A stretch of 61,907 nt of DNA, filler included, from Trichosphaerium sp. ATCC 40318 (GCA_038496445.1; 4 parts of 4 records of this genome joined end to end with filler, not necessarily neighbours in it), one strand, 5' to 3'. Counted from the whole stretch's first letter, positions 37,801 through 50,500 are shown. Program-made: numbers and translations. Notes: generated by a model from the letters alone, not told the origin.

Positions 37801-40750
37801 TCTGGTAAGTTGTTAAGAAAAAAAGAATGAATGATAGATTTATCGCATCCACCATCCAAATATGACACTATAGGAGCTTGATTTATATGGGCCAGGACGT
37901 AAGAAGGAGGGCTTGGAGAATTGACAACACGTTTTGATCTAACTTCTTTATTGTGTGTTGTTACATCTCCAAATGGCTCTGGAGTATGTTTACGAGTGAC
38001 ATTGCTTGAGCCAGACGCAATGTCATTTACTCGTTTTCCGAATCTTCACCTGAGTCTTCAGTCTTGACAGAAGCAACTGTGACGTCTTTGTTTTCTTCTT
38101 CAGCTTTCTTCTTTCTTTCAGCTCTTCTCTTTTTTCTCGCTATGACCTTCGGATTCAATTCGCATTTGTAGGAGGTATGATAACTCCATTTCTTGTGATG
38201 TACACACCAATGAGTTCTAGGATTTGGTTGCACATTCGGATCAGACCAATCAGCTTTCGTCTTATCAGATTGTTCATCACCGGTTTTGTTTTTGGTTTCG
38301 GCTTTGGCTTTGGCTTCTTATCTTTTTTCTTATCTCCAACGGCTTTCTTGGTATCATTGATTGCCGCTTCGATATGATGTGCTCTGGTAACACATTCTGA
38401 CCAATCATTCCACTTGTATCGTTCTTTCCTCAAATGTTCTTGTATTTCAGGGTTAAGTCCCTTAATAAAATATTTGATACGCGTCTGATGGTTGATATGA
38501 TAACCGGTGTCGTTCGCTTTCCTTCCTTTTCTAGCTGCGTATTGTAACACAGGTAGTTGATCTTGAATGTAACTCTTAAAGGCATGTCGGAGTCCTTCTC
38601 TAGTTACTTCAGATGAAAAATAATTTTGAAGTTTCTCAAAAACTTCATTTTCTTGTCCTTCAACAGCGCCACCAGGAAATTGATCTTTGTAATAATCCTT
38701 CGCGAATCCTTTAAGGTTTTTCTCAATAAGCCCAATAAACATCTGAACAGTTGTAGGGCTACGTGTGGCAACAGCGGATATATCAGCAATCCATCTTAAT
38801 ACATTTTCACCTGGTTTTCCATAAAAGAAAATTTCATTATCACTCGCGTTGTTGGTGATAATATTTGGATAACCTGGCATTGGCATTTGGTATTGTGGCA
38901 TCATGTAAGGCTGTACTTGAGGAACAATAGGATTAGTACCAAAGTTAGGCTGTGGTAAAGGATTTGATGTCGACGTAGAATCTTCAGGTAAAGCTTTGCG
39001 AATTTCTGTAAAGTCGAATGAATCATCATCTTCATCATCATCATCCTTATCATCTTCATCTGACTCGCTCTCTGAGTCACTGATTGATTCTTCTTCTTTA
39101 CCCTCTCTAGCAAAGAACTTGTCTAACTCTGTCTGTGCTATCTCTCTAGCATAAGCAACACAGAGATTACCAAAATACTGAACAGCATAATTATGTTGAT
39201 TTTGTTTGTAAATTTTATCACGATCAGCGACTTGTTCTTTCGTAGCTTGACTATCCAATATACCCGGTTGAATATTCTTCTTTGCTTCATCAAAAGCGTT
39301 GTTCCAAAGTTTTGTAACCTTTCCTGTCTCCACAGGAATCTTTGTAGGGAGGATAAACCTTCTTTTTATTTTTTCTTTTGGTACGCTCTTTTTCTTTGGA
39401 ACGTCCTTCTTCTTTGGAACTTGCTTCTTCTTTTTCACTGTCGTCGTGGTGACAGTGGCTTTCCTTGAAACAAACGGTGTTGTTGGAGGCCTTGGCATCG
39501 GCTGCTGTACTGTTGCAGTTCGTGGTACAGATTGTAATTGTTGACCAGTCGATTGATATTGCATCTGCGTTCTCGGCAAGAAAGGAGTCATCTGAGGTTG
39601 TGTAGACAGATACTGCATCTGTCTTTGATGTTGTCGCTGTGCCATAATGTGAGGTGTAGCGTATAGAAAACTCGATGGTTGTCGGTAAGGTGAAGTCGTC
39701 GCAGAAATAGTAGGAGACTTCGTAGATGGCTGATCCCGTTGTGATAAATTTGCTATAACCTGACCCTGTCGCTGCATCTCATTCTGAGTCTGTTGCATCT
39801 GTGACTGTAGGTTTAACAGGATTTGCATCATCTGGTCATTCGAATTATTTGACATGACTAATCGTGATCAAATAATGTTTCTTACAAAAGCAATTTCTAT
39901 GTTTTGTAGTGGTACGTAGCTTTCGTGGTGCGCTTTAGATACCTGTGCACAGAAGGACGTTTGCCGTCTAAACTTTTTGTCCGTATGAAAGCGTTCGTTT
40001 TCAGAAGTACAGATTTTAAGGAGATGTACTGCCCCCGGCGTTGTCTTTTGACGTACCGATTATGTACAGATTTTATGGAGATGTACTGCCCCTGGAGGTA
40101 CCCAAGTCAAAGGTACCTACCAATTAATTTTGTGTACAGGTTTTATGGAGATGTACTGCCCCCAGTAGTGCGTTTAGAGCACGTACCGTTTGGAAACGCC
40201 CAAGTCAAAGGTGTCTCGCAATTAAATTTGTGTACAGGTCTTAAGGAGATGTACTGCCCCCGGTACTGCGTTAGACGCGCGTACCGTTTGTTTGTACAGG
40301 TATTAAGGAGATGTACTGCCCCACGACTTACTACTGAAAGTGAGTCGATTTCTGTTGTTGTAGGAGAGCTTTAACACGTGTTTTAAAGCGTTTGCCCCCA
40401 ATTTGTAAGTTTTTTATGTTTATACTTAACAATCGCTATATTTATGGTTCAAATATCCTTTCAAGTCGCCAAATTATGTTACGAGAAAAGGTGCGAGGTA
40501 CGAGTTGTAGTTAAGTGTGTTTTATTCTATCTAAGTACATTACAATATCGTGACAATGTACGTACTTGTTCATCTCATATGCTTTCAACTTTCCACTCAA
40601 TTTAAAGCTTAGTATGAACACATATCAGGCAAGAAAAACTGTGGTAAACGATGCAATCAGCGAAAGCCTAGTTCTGGAAGATGTAATAACTACGATGGTA
40701 CCATGATGATTGGTATGAAACAGCAAGTAACCCGCTATAAATGTAATTAA
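31829..40750 (+). CDS. Small secreted Cys-rich protein (115 aa; exons 31829-32038 and 40613-40750) with Gypsy family B inserted at its splice donor
   Basis: Signal peptide MSNFSLIPTLSLAIVFVVFMFACPVSG; removing the element and one TSD gives DD|gtacgt...ag|YEHISGKKNCGKRCNQ...YKCN* in frame; 8 Cys in the predicted mature part. Confidence 0.8.
32042..32120 (-). repeat. 3' LTR of family B
   Basis: TGTTACGAG...CGTGACA, repeated at 40477-40555. Confidence 0.95.
34981..36642. mobile_element. Unclassified non-coding insertion with two ~60-bp direct repeats and a ~30-bp minisatellite; hosts MITE B
   Basis: Interrupts the codons CCC TTT GGG of RT; repeats at 35116-35176 and 36474-36532; no TIR or clear TSD seen. 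Confidence 0.8.
35319..36374. mobile_element. MITE B: CAGG termini, 2-bp TSD, arrays of GTGGTATATACCAC-like palindromes
   Basis: CAGGTCTAAAAA ... TTTTTAGACCTG flanked by AT/AT. Confidence 0.85.
37974..38039 (-). promoter_or_regulatory. -1 ribosomal frameshift signal (G_GAA_AAC + 7-nt spacer + stem/pseudoknot)
   Basis: Slippery heptamer just before the gag stop; 9-bp stem TGACATTGC/GCAATGTCA; loop TGGCTC complementary to downstream GAGCCA; the -1 frame is open into protease. Confidence 0.8.
38027..39855 (-). CDS. gag: Gag of family B; apparent frameshift near 38280, before the CHHC knuckle
   Basis: Capsid-like FYGKPGENVLRWI...YFIKGLNPEI; C-terminal WCVHHKKWSYHTSYKC lies in another frame. Confidence 0.85.
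40007..40322 (-). repeat. Five ~30-bp direct repeats separated by hairpin-forming spacers in the 5' leader of family B
   Basis: GTACAG(A/G)TxTTA(A/T)GGAGATGTACTGCCCC near 40007, 40064, 40134, 40232 and 40294. Confidence 0.9.
40477..40555 (-). repeat. 5' LTR of family B
   Basis: Copy of 32042-32120; PBS adjacent. Confidence 0.95.
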
Positions 40751-41299
40751 GTGAGTGTATCTATAGTAACCACATCCATGTTGTGGCTTTGTTTCTCAGC
40801 AAACTACAAAATAAATTGATTGCTTTGTTGGCATTTTCTTTTTTTGTTTATTTATTTATTTTGAAGCCTGTCCAAGGCAATGCGAATAAATATGACCTTG
40901 AAGCCACATCTTTGCTAATGAACTACAATACTTTTTCCTTTTAAAATATTTTGAGGTAAAGCAGATTTGCTGTTTGGTGTTTCAAGTAATAATAGAAAAA
41001 AAATCCCTCCACACTTTTTCTCGTATTGTTCAACAAACAAAAGCCGAAGGACTTCACAAGTTATGAAGCATCACGTGTTACTATGATAAAACGATTAAGC
41101 AAGCGTATGACGCGTGTAAATATAGATACGTATGTTATTCGCGTGCCTTTTCTAATTAATAAAACTACGCTGTAAAATACACGTGTTGTGAAGCGTTATA
41201 ACCAAATCTAATTTTTTTGGACACGTGATTTCTAAAATCTCCTCACTATACTAAACACTCCACACAGCGATACAAAAGTACTTGATTTAATAAAGACGG

Positions 41300-42801
41300 G
41301 TATGTAAGGTCTTATTCTTCAGAAAACAAAACTATAAAACTCAGATGAGAAGGAACTAACCTTTAATTAATCAGGAAAATACAAACATGTGTAAATAAGA
41401 CGTTTGCGTGGTATGTTGATGATTTAAGTGGTGATAATCTTCTACATATTCTTGCGTTATCGCGTGAAAATCATGGCCACCGCGATGCAAGACAACTGTT
41501 TGACATTCTCATAGAATTGGGTACAAAGAAAAGTAGAGAGTTAAGTGCTCACGTATTTGTTGTACGTAGGTGTCGACTGTAATCAGCAGAACAAGTATGG
41601 AGATACACCATTGCATGCTTGTCTTTATAGCTGCGATTTAGAACTATTCAGTTGGATGATATCTGCTGGAGGTGACGTAACAATAAAAAATGGGTAAGGC
41701 ATGAGCTTCGCGTTTGATTTATTCATACTCTGTAGCTGCGGTGTATGTCCAGAGCTTTGGCTGGTATTACAAAGGTATAATATTACTGTAAAGAAGCAAT
41801 TCACGAACAGACATTTACGATTAATTGATGACAAACAACGCAATATGGTTTATCACTATGACTTTCAACAAAAAGGAGATATAGCAATAGCAATAGTCGA
41901 ACAAGGTGCCGTTTAAGAACTTAGTCTAAAAATAAATAATCACGTGACACATATTCTCTAAAGGCGTTATCCTTAGGTCACTTTTATCTGTTTGAGCAGT
42001 TTTTGGAGGATACAAGAATGAACGTAAACAAGTTTTATGCAAAGCAGAGTATAACAAAGACGTTACTTGAGCATATGGCTTTGATCCTACTGGCGGCTTC
42101 CGACAATAGCAAAGTTGATATTTTATCTCTGATCTTGAAGCTATGTAATCACAGACAATTAAGCAAAGAAGGTATAGGAGACGCTCCATTAACTCTAGCA
42201 CAACACTCACCTTCAGGGAAGGAAGCAGAGTTGGTTATAAACATTTTTGAAAAACTACAAACTTTAGGTACTGTATGGTTTTCTTTCTTTTCGTTTGGAC
42301 TTACCCTTGGTTTGTGTAGTTTCTTTTGAAAGTATTTTGAATAGACAGCGCGAAACAGTACTACATCTAGCTTCAAAATTTAGTACCGCAAGTGTTGTGA
42401 AAAGTTTGTTATCAGGAAAGAAATCAACAACAAGGCACACAAAGTAAGTACTTTTGGTTTTTTTTTTGTGTGCTAAGTTGTCGGTTTTAGGCATGGAGAA
42501 AACCCGTTACACTACGTATGATTAGATTAAGTAGGATATAGTTATCTAACATGATTCATTTCTTAGGCTGCTTTTAATAAATCACACCGTGTTGCTGAAG
42601 TGTTATTGAGGCATGTTCGACAACATCATTTAGAGTATGTTTTAGAATCTAAGGTAAACCTGTTTTCTTCACGTAACAGCTTGTCATCTAAATTATCTTT
42701 CATAAAAGGGACCAAGAGGAACACCTTATGATATAGCGATGCTCGACAGTACAAGCTCTGGAAGGAAAAAACAAAGGCTCCTAATGATAAAAAAACCTTG
42801 A
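41300..42801 (+). CDS. Ankyrin-repeat protein, multi-exon; ends approximate, possibly degenerate
   Basis: GDNLLHILA, NKYGDTPLHAC, ETVLHLASK, HGENPLHY motifs. Confidence 0.75.
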
Positions 42802-42845
42802 AAAAAAACTAAACCACGTGTATTTGTAGTAATGTATTAAGTGAT

Positions 42846-44505
42846 TTATTCGTCTTCACTATCGCTTGATTTATTTGATTCATAAGGCTTCAAACACCCT
42901 GTATCAATCAATTCAGAAGTACCGTTACAAATAAATCCCTGGCTAACTCTAGAAACCCTGCCATAGTTGGGATCTCTAAACAGTAATAAACCTCCAGCGT
43001 AATAAACTTCGAATGTAAAAGTTATACCCGCTACCTAGTGGTCCCATTATACCGTCATCGTCATCAGGTGCTCCTGTTGCTAAACCAATACCCCAGCCTA
43101 TTATACTATATGTATCTAGAAGATTACGGCGATTGACTATCACAAACGGCTAACAGTTGAAACACTTAGGCACAAACAAATAGCTATTACAAAATTACGA
43201 ACATGATCACACAATGACCTAGGTCTTGCTGTAGCATGTTTAGCACAGTTATGGAATAATACAGCCATTGATGTATCTCCGCAACATTGAGGTATCTCAT
43301 TGTACCAATCATATTCAAAAGCATCATAAGGATCTGTACAGTCTTCTGAGCGTTCTTCATTCCATGACACTTTTCCTTGAAAAAAGGTAATCAGTTTGCA
43401 TTCCAAACTGTTGCAAGGACGTGATCGGAGAAATACTTTATTTAAAAAATCAACGCACCAGGGGTGGTGTATATTATTGCGTTTTGTATCGTGACATGCA
43501 GTCTCTAGAACGAGGATCAAAAGTAAACAGAACTATCTTGGTATTTTTGCTTTTTTCTTACCACATCAATTTCAAACCAAACATTCAGACTCATGACAGC
43601 TATGAAATAATGAGATGAAACAGATAGGAAATACCACACCTTGTGTAATGTAATTAGCAGCTTTTTCAATACTTCCAGCAGCCCTTACGTAAGCAACAGT
43701 TACAGCAATACTCTATTTGTACACATTGTTAACGGAATACAGTTCATACATCAAACTCACAAGTGTAACTTCATGGACTTCCGTTGGACAAGGATCAGGA
43801 GGAGGCGAAAGAGGTGCCTTGTCTCCGACAGCTGGACCTCTCTTTGTTTTTTGCAACATTACTTTAGGTTCTCTACAATTATTTAACATGAGTTCAACCA
43901 AAGCGCCATAATCACTTTGTACCTGAAAGCCAAATGAGAAGCATTTCCAATCAAAGATTTGTGATGAGGATGCATGAACGACACATGTCTAGTTTTTTTA
44001 ATCAGCATTAGACCATGGTGATGAAATATGGTGCCTATCAAGAGCATCCAAGCGTATCAAATATCCTCGTGGAGATTTCCAGAAGCCAGAGAAAGTACCA
44101 TCAGAGTATTGAGTAACTCGAAAATGTTGATGGTTCTCTCCAATCGCTTTGAACGTGTTTGAAGGTGCATCAATAAACGTGACGTTACTTTCAGTGTGGA
44201 TTTGTATCTAACCAACGTCAGCAATATTTAAACAAATTCGTTGTAAGTTACAATTTTTTTTACATCTATGATCACGTGATTGTAAAAGTTCGTTATTAAT
44301 GCTACTACGCGATACCTTTGTATTCTTTGCGTATACCGAGTGTTTGATGCAGTTGAAGCTCATTGTTTTGTTTGAATCGAAATGAAGCATGACCTGGTGG
44401 TACGATGTATTCACGTGCGTTAGCGATACTACATAGCGTTACAAGATAAACCAGAATGTGATGGTACCTTTTGTAATCATTTCAAAGTGTTCTATGGTGT
44501 TCCAA
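42846..44505 (-). pseudogene. Gene of unknown function (paralogue 1), cut off from its 5' part by Gypsy A copy 2
   Basis: Exons with YDWYNEIPQCCGDT and GPAVGDKAPLSPPPDPCP also occur at 52.8-53.5 kb; coding sequence abuts the truncated element at 44505; a possible signal-peptide exon lies near 52170-52215. Confidence 0.6.
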
Positions 44506-47500
44506 TATTCTTCAGGGATATAATCATCAACTTCTTCGTCAGATGAGTAAACCATTTCATAATCAGATGAGTCAGGCACGTTATTGAAACCGTTGTTGAA
44601 ATCGACGTGGATAGTACCATCCGCATTAGTTGTGACCATCGGTTGTTCTTGAGGGTTGCTGTTGTCGGTGGTACTTAAGCAAGATTCAAAATGCGGCATC
44701 TTAAGTGTAGGAACAGGAGAAGGCGCATTCCTGTTTACTGGACACTTAATACTTGTTAGTGACTCATTATCTCCAAAATCGACGTTTGGATCGACATCCA
44801 TTGAAACATCATCACCATAACGTAACGCAGTATGATTTATCATGTCATGGCTGATTGGCAAAGCACATCCACTATAATTTGGCGAAGTTGGGTGATACGA
44901 AGGCGAACTCTCTTGAAAATACGGTCTCGGAGCTTTGAGAAGGCCCAGCAGATAAGTACGGCGTGCGATCGAAGATTGGCGCGTTTGGAGCGCTTGAGCG
45001 ATAACAATCATGCGTGGTACCGTCGTACAAAAAGCTACGATGGTTTCGGCTTCGCAACGTCTTAAAGCGAGGTCTTGGACCATTTGCGCAAGAAGCTCGT
45101 GTATAGCTTTCATTGCGTTGGCGCTGAAACTTCCAGGTGTAAGGTCAATGGCCGGAATGGGTAAGGACGAATCATTTGAAAGATCATCAGTGATTGTAGA
45201 TACTTCAGTTCTCCAGAGGTGCTCCATGTTGCTTGTATTTCTAATTAAATTATATTCTTTCTCTCATTGTTGTGTTCAGTGATTTGTTATTGCGTCATGT
45301 GTGTTAAATGTCAATTGTATGTATTTGTCTGTTTTTAATCAGACTGTTGTAGGCTTTGATTTGTTCAAGGCTTTCTTATTTTGCTGAAAGCTCCATCCTA
45401 ATTTTCATTTGGGAAGTGTTCTTATCTTGTGCCCATCTTTTAGCAATAGTGATAAGAGCTTGTTTGCTGTTTGCCGTTCTAACTTCTTTTCGGAGTTTCT
45501 TTCTTTGGTTAGTATTTGCAATGTACCCTTCAATAATTGAATACATTGGTGGCTTGTAGTTAGTTGGTTCGTTCGTTTTAGTGCCTTCCATTTTGGTAAG
45601 TAACCGCAGGGCTGAAACTAAATAAGGCTTTTTTTGCAAAAGCCATTTTTTTGCCACCAAATACAGCCTTATTTTTCACCAAATTGCCTTGTTTTTGCCA
45701 AAAAAAATGGGCAAATATGAGGCATTGCCTTGTAATTTTGGGCTTTGGAGCCTCATATTTGGGCCAAATAGCAAGCAACTGGTTCACTAATTAGCCTTAA
45801 AATAGCCTGCGTTGGTCCAATAATGCCTCATTTTTTGTGCAACAATAAGGCATTTTTGCCCTCAATTTTTGGGCATAACCCAGGCACCATATACTCATAA
45901 AACAAGGGTTTATATAGGCATACAATAGTGATTCATTTATTAAAGTACAGTACACAAAACACAAAAAACTTCAATGTCCTCCATGTGAAAAAAAACCTTT
46001 AGTTAAAAAAAAAAATTAACAAATTATTGGTATAATTTTCGCGGACTGGAAAAATGGTTTAAAGTACCTATACTCCTGTTGTAGGTGGATTTGGGTGCTG
46101 CGGTTCGAATGGCGGTGGTTTCGTTAGAATCCATAAAATACTAAGCGCGTGGTGACGGCGTCTATATAAAACGTCAGTAGTAAATGAAAAAAAAATGTTT
46201 AGGAAGTGTTGGTGTGGTGGAGACTTACCTTAAACCAATGTATCCTTAATGTACAATGTGTACACAACCAATGCCTAATTGGTGCCTATAAATTTAAGGC
46301 TGGCAATGCATAAAAAAACTAGGGCAGGCATTGCCTAAAAAAAACAAGGCATTGCAACAATTAAGGCATTGCCCAACAAAGCCTTATTTCAATGCCTGAT
46401 TTTTGCCTTTTCTGCCATTGCCTTTGCAAAATCAGGCATTGCCATTTTTGCATGCCTGATTTTTGCCATCAATGCCTGATTTTAAAAAAATGCCTTCATA
46501 TTTAAGGCAAAGCCTTGTTTAGTTTCAGCCCTGTGTTGTAGTTCTATTTGAAATGTATCTGCTACATTCGCTGTTCCTGCGGTTCTAGGTGACCTACGAA
46601 TTCGTCGTGGTGGAGTAATTGGTACTTCTGGTGCGAAATAATCTTCTGTGTTATTATCGTTCAGTTCTATTGTCCCTTGTGATATGTTCTTTTTTTCGCG
46701 TGAAACTTCATCCGAATTTTTAATGGATATAACCGGAGCGTTTTGTAATTTATATCTTCGCCAATTTTCATCCTCTTCTTCACTGATATCATCTTCGCTA
46801 CTTACTTTGGAGCTTGTTTCGCTGTTTGAGATGCTAATTTCTCCGCTAACACTCTCGCTTTGACTTAATTCTCCGCTGCTGTTTGTAGCGTCATTTTCTC
46901 CGTTATCAAGGTTGACGTCAATATCGTCTACACCTCTTGGTAATGGTGGCGCTTTTGTCGTTTGTTGTTGCTCAGTATTTCTAAATTCAATATCATAATC
47001 ATCATCATCTGAGTCTGATTCTTCTGAATTCTTTGGTAGCAGCTTTGTAATAGGTCTATTTAATGTTGTACTGACTTCAAACGGTGGGTACATAGTACTT
47101 TGTTCTACGTTTCTGTCTTCTCGTTCATTATATTTTTTTAAGAATTTTATGCTAACTACATTGTGCATCCAACTCTGGCTTTTGAAGTTAAGCTTGTATG
47201 CATTCGTGTTAATACGTTTTAACACCACATATGGGCCTTTCCATCAGTGTTGTAATTTCTTCGTTAGGCCCGGTGTGGGGTTGTACTGCCACATCAGAAC
47301 TTTGTCACCAACATTGAATACTGTTGTATTTGTATGTGAATCGTGATTCACTTTTGCTTTCTCTGCTGCTTCTAGCATTTTAGTTCTTGCTAATTGATGT
47401 GATTTTTGTAGGGCCTCAACCATTCGTGATCTGTACAACTTTAACGTTGTTGGTTGTTCATGTATTACATTTAAATCTAGCGGTCTTCTTGGATGTCGTC

Positions 47501-50500
47501 CAAACATTAAAAAGAATGGTGTTTCTCCTGTCGCTACATGATGTGTGGTACGATATGCCTGTAAGCATTGTGGTAAGTATTCATCCCAGTCTGTTTGAAA
47601 CTCTTGATCACAGAATATGCCTAACATTTCTGCAAGAGTATGATTAAATCGCTCAACTTGTCCATCGGTTTGAGGATGGTATGAGCTTGTGGAAAGCTTG
47701 CGAATCTTGAACAGTTTTAATAAATCCGTCATTAATTCACTTAAGAATTGTGACCCTCGATCTGTAAGTAACTGTTCCGGATAGCCGAATCTTGCAATGA
47801 CTCGATCAAATAGTAATTTTGCAATTACTTCTGTTGTTGGGTTATAACACGCAAATGCTTCAACCCATTTCGTGAAGTAATCACAGAAAACAACTATACT
47901 GTTATTTCCCAATCTTGTTGTTTTCATTGGTCCGACAATATCAATTGCAAGTCGTTGCCAAGGAAAACTGGCAATCATTGGCATTAATTTACCTTGTTGT
48001 TTTCCTCGCTTGGTCTTTTTCGTTTGGCAAAGTTTGCAACTGTCAATATACTTCTTAATTTGACTGTAAAATCCTGGCCAATAATAGTTGGACCTAATTG
48101 AATTAAAGGTTTTGAAGAATCCTAGATGACCATTGTTGTCGTGATGGCTCATCAGTACTTCTGATATTAATGATTTCGGTATCACAATCTGTGATACTTC
48201 TGCTTTGACTTTTGGTACTGTTGGTAACCATATGTGGTTGAGAATTCCATCATCGTTTATCCACATGAATCTTGATAGTGCAGCTACATTACGTGATGTT
48301 GTTTGGTCTTTGGGTAATGTTTTGGTTTTGAGATATGTTGTGATATCTCTACAGAACTGGTCATGGCTTTGACACACTTTGAGTCTTTCGATGCTGAATC
48401 CAGTTTGTTCTTCATTTGTTGTATCTTTGATGAATGGTGGTCGCGATAATGCGTCAGCGTTGCCATGTAACTTTCCCGCCCGTTGTTCGATTGTGAAATC
48501 GTATTCTTGAAGTGCAAAGATCCATCTTGCGTATTTTTGACGCACGCGTTTAGTGGTTAACAGCCACTTTAGTGATTCGTGGTCTGTTATTATTCTTACT
48601 TTGTTGCTAGCAATATATGGTCTATATCGTTCAGCTGCTTTAATTACGGCTAAACACTCTTTTGCTGTTGTTGAATAATTTCGTTCAGCTTTGTTCAAAC
48701 TCTTACTGAAATAGGATATGACTGACTCAATGCCGTTCTTTCTTTGAGCTAGTACTGCACCTATGCCTACGTTTGAGGCGTCTGTGTACAGTATGAATGG
48801 AAGTTCAAAATCCGGATATCCCAATATAGGGGCATTGCATAAGGCTTCTTTTAATTTGTTTATGCTATGATCTTGCTTTTGTGTCCATTTAAACTGCATG
48901 TCTGATTTCAGCAATTCATATAGTGGATATGCGATTTCTGTATATTTGTCTACAAACGAGCGATAATAGTTTGAGATCCCCAAGAATGACCTTAGGTCTG
49001 GTACATTCGTAGGTGGTGTCATATTCACAATTGCCTCTATTTTTGTTTTATCAGGTTTAACGCCATGTTGAGTTACTACATGACCCAGATATTTAACTTC
49101 TGGTACGCAAAATTTGCATTTCTTCGCGTTGAGTGAGTGTGAGTATTTGTCAAATCGTTTGAATACTAATGCTAGTGCAAGCAAGTGTTGGTTGAATGTC
49201 TTAGTGAATATGATGATGTCGTCAATATAAACTAATGCATTCTTCCATGTCAACCCATTAAGAAGTACTTCCATATATCTCTGGAACGTGGCCGGTGCAT
49301 TGACTAATCCAAAAGGCATCCTGCTAAATTCGAATAATCCAAATTTTGTAGTGAATGCTGTCTTTTGTTTATCTTGTTCTGCAACCTCTATATGCCAATA
49401 CCCACTAAGTTGGTCTAATGTGGTAAAATACACGGCTCCTGCAACAGAGTCTAGTGCTTTCTCTACTTGTGGTATTGGGTAAGAATCTTTCTTAGTTAGA
49501 CCATTTAATTTTCGGTAGTCCACACAGAAACGAAGTGTTCCGTCGCTTTTTGGGGCTATTACCACTGGAAATGCCCATGGTGAATTGCTTTCACGTATTA
49601 TTCCGTCTTCCAGCATGGTGTTGATCCGGTTTCATAGGTAGTCTGCTTCAGATGGTGATACTCGGTATGGTTGGTTTTTGACTGGACGTGCATCCTGTTA
49701 CAATGTTGTGTGCTGGCATTTTGGACCTGGGGGGGCACTTCGTGTTTTTAATAAACAGGTGACGGTATCTTGCGAGAAATGCCATTAGGAGCAGCTTTTG
49801 TTCGTCATTGATATTACTGTTCGAGAAGTCAAACATATCTCTGATCCCTTCAATATCACTGCTAAGTGTTTTCATGTCTTTTAAATCATCAATTATTGAC
49901 TTTGCTTCTTTGAGTTCTGTTGATCTGATAGTGTTAATTCTATTTGACTGCATCCAACTTCCAGTTGCAATCTTTAGACCCTTTGAAACTCCCATTGTCT
50001 CATTTGAGAAGTTCGCTACCTTAATACCAGTGTGTCCTCTGTGTACCATTACTATTGCCCATTCGACTGCTGTTCCGTGTATATTACGGAACCTTTTGTC
50101 TGGTTCGATCATCATTACTCCTGATGAGGTGAGCGAGTGTGTTCTGACTGGCACAAATGAGTATGATCTTGGTGGTAATTTTACTTCATGTGTAACAAAC
50201 AGTGTTTGGTCTTGTCTGTTTGTTTGACCACGAATGCATGGCAAATTGATGTTTGGGTTGTTATTGAAGATCAGTTGATAATTGGGGGCATCAATCGTTA
50301 TTTTCATGGATAGAATAGTATCCATACCAATGAGTGGTTTGTCAAAGTCATCTACTACGATAAATCTAATCCAACATGGTTTTGATAGTCCGATTGTAAC
50401 TTGAAACATTATCGTTCCCATTACTTTAAGTGGTTCATGTCCGGCTCCTTGCAATGTTGCTTTGGTTGGTTGCAGTTTTGTGATCCCCATTTGTATAATA

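Larger units (their letters stand above)
32248..38039 (-). pseudogene. pol: Pol (PR-RT-RH-IN) of family B, split inside RT (AMP|FGL) by a 1.66-kb insertion
   Basis: YLDGG protease, LRFCIDYR, YIDD, HTDAS, GHLA..C..C, SDQG, QTDGLVERFN. Confidence 0.95.
32042..40555 (-). mobile_element. Ty3/Gypsy LTR retrotransposon family B, full length, with nested insertions
   Basis: Apparently identical 79-bp LTRs (32042-32120, 40477-40555), TSD ATGTA, PBS TGGCGACTTGAAAGGATA (40454-40471, minus), gag and pol ORFs. Confidence 0.97.

Noticed and set aside
40007-40322. CRISPR array
   Set aside because: Eukaryotic retrotransposon leader, no cas genes, and spacers are unequal in length and related to each other
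46095-46115. tRNA gene or tRNA-derived SINE suggested by GGTTCGAAT
   Set aside because: No cloverleaf or properly spaced A-box seen; lies inside a TIR element
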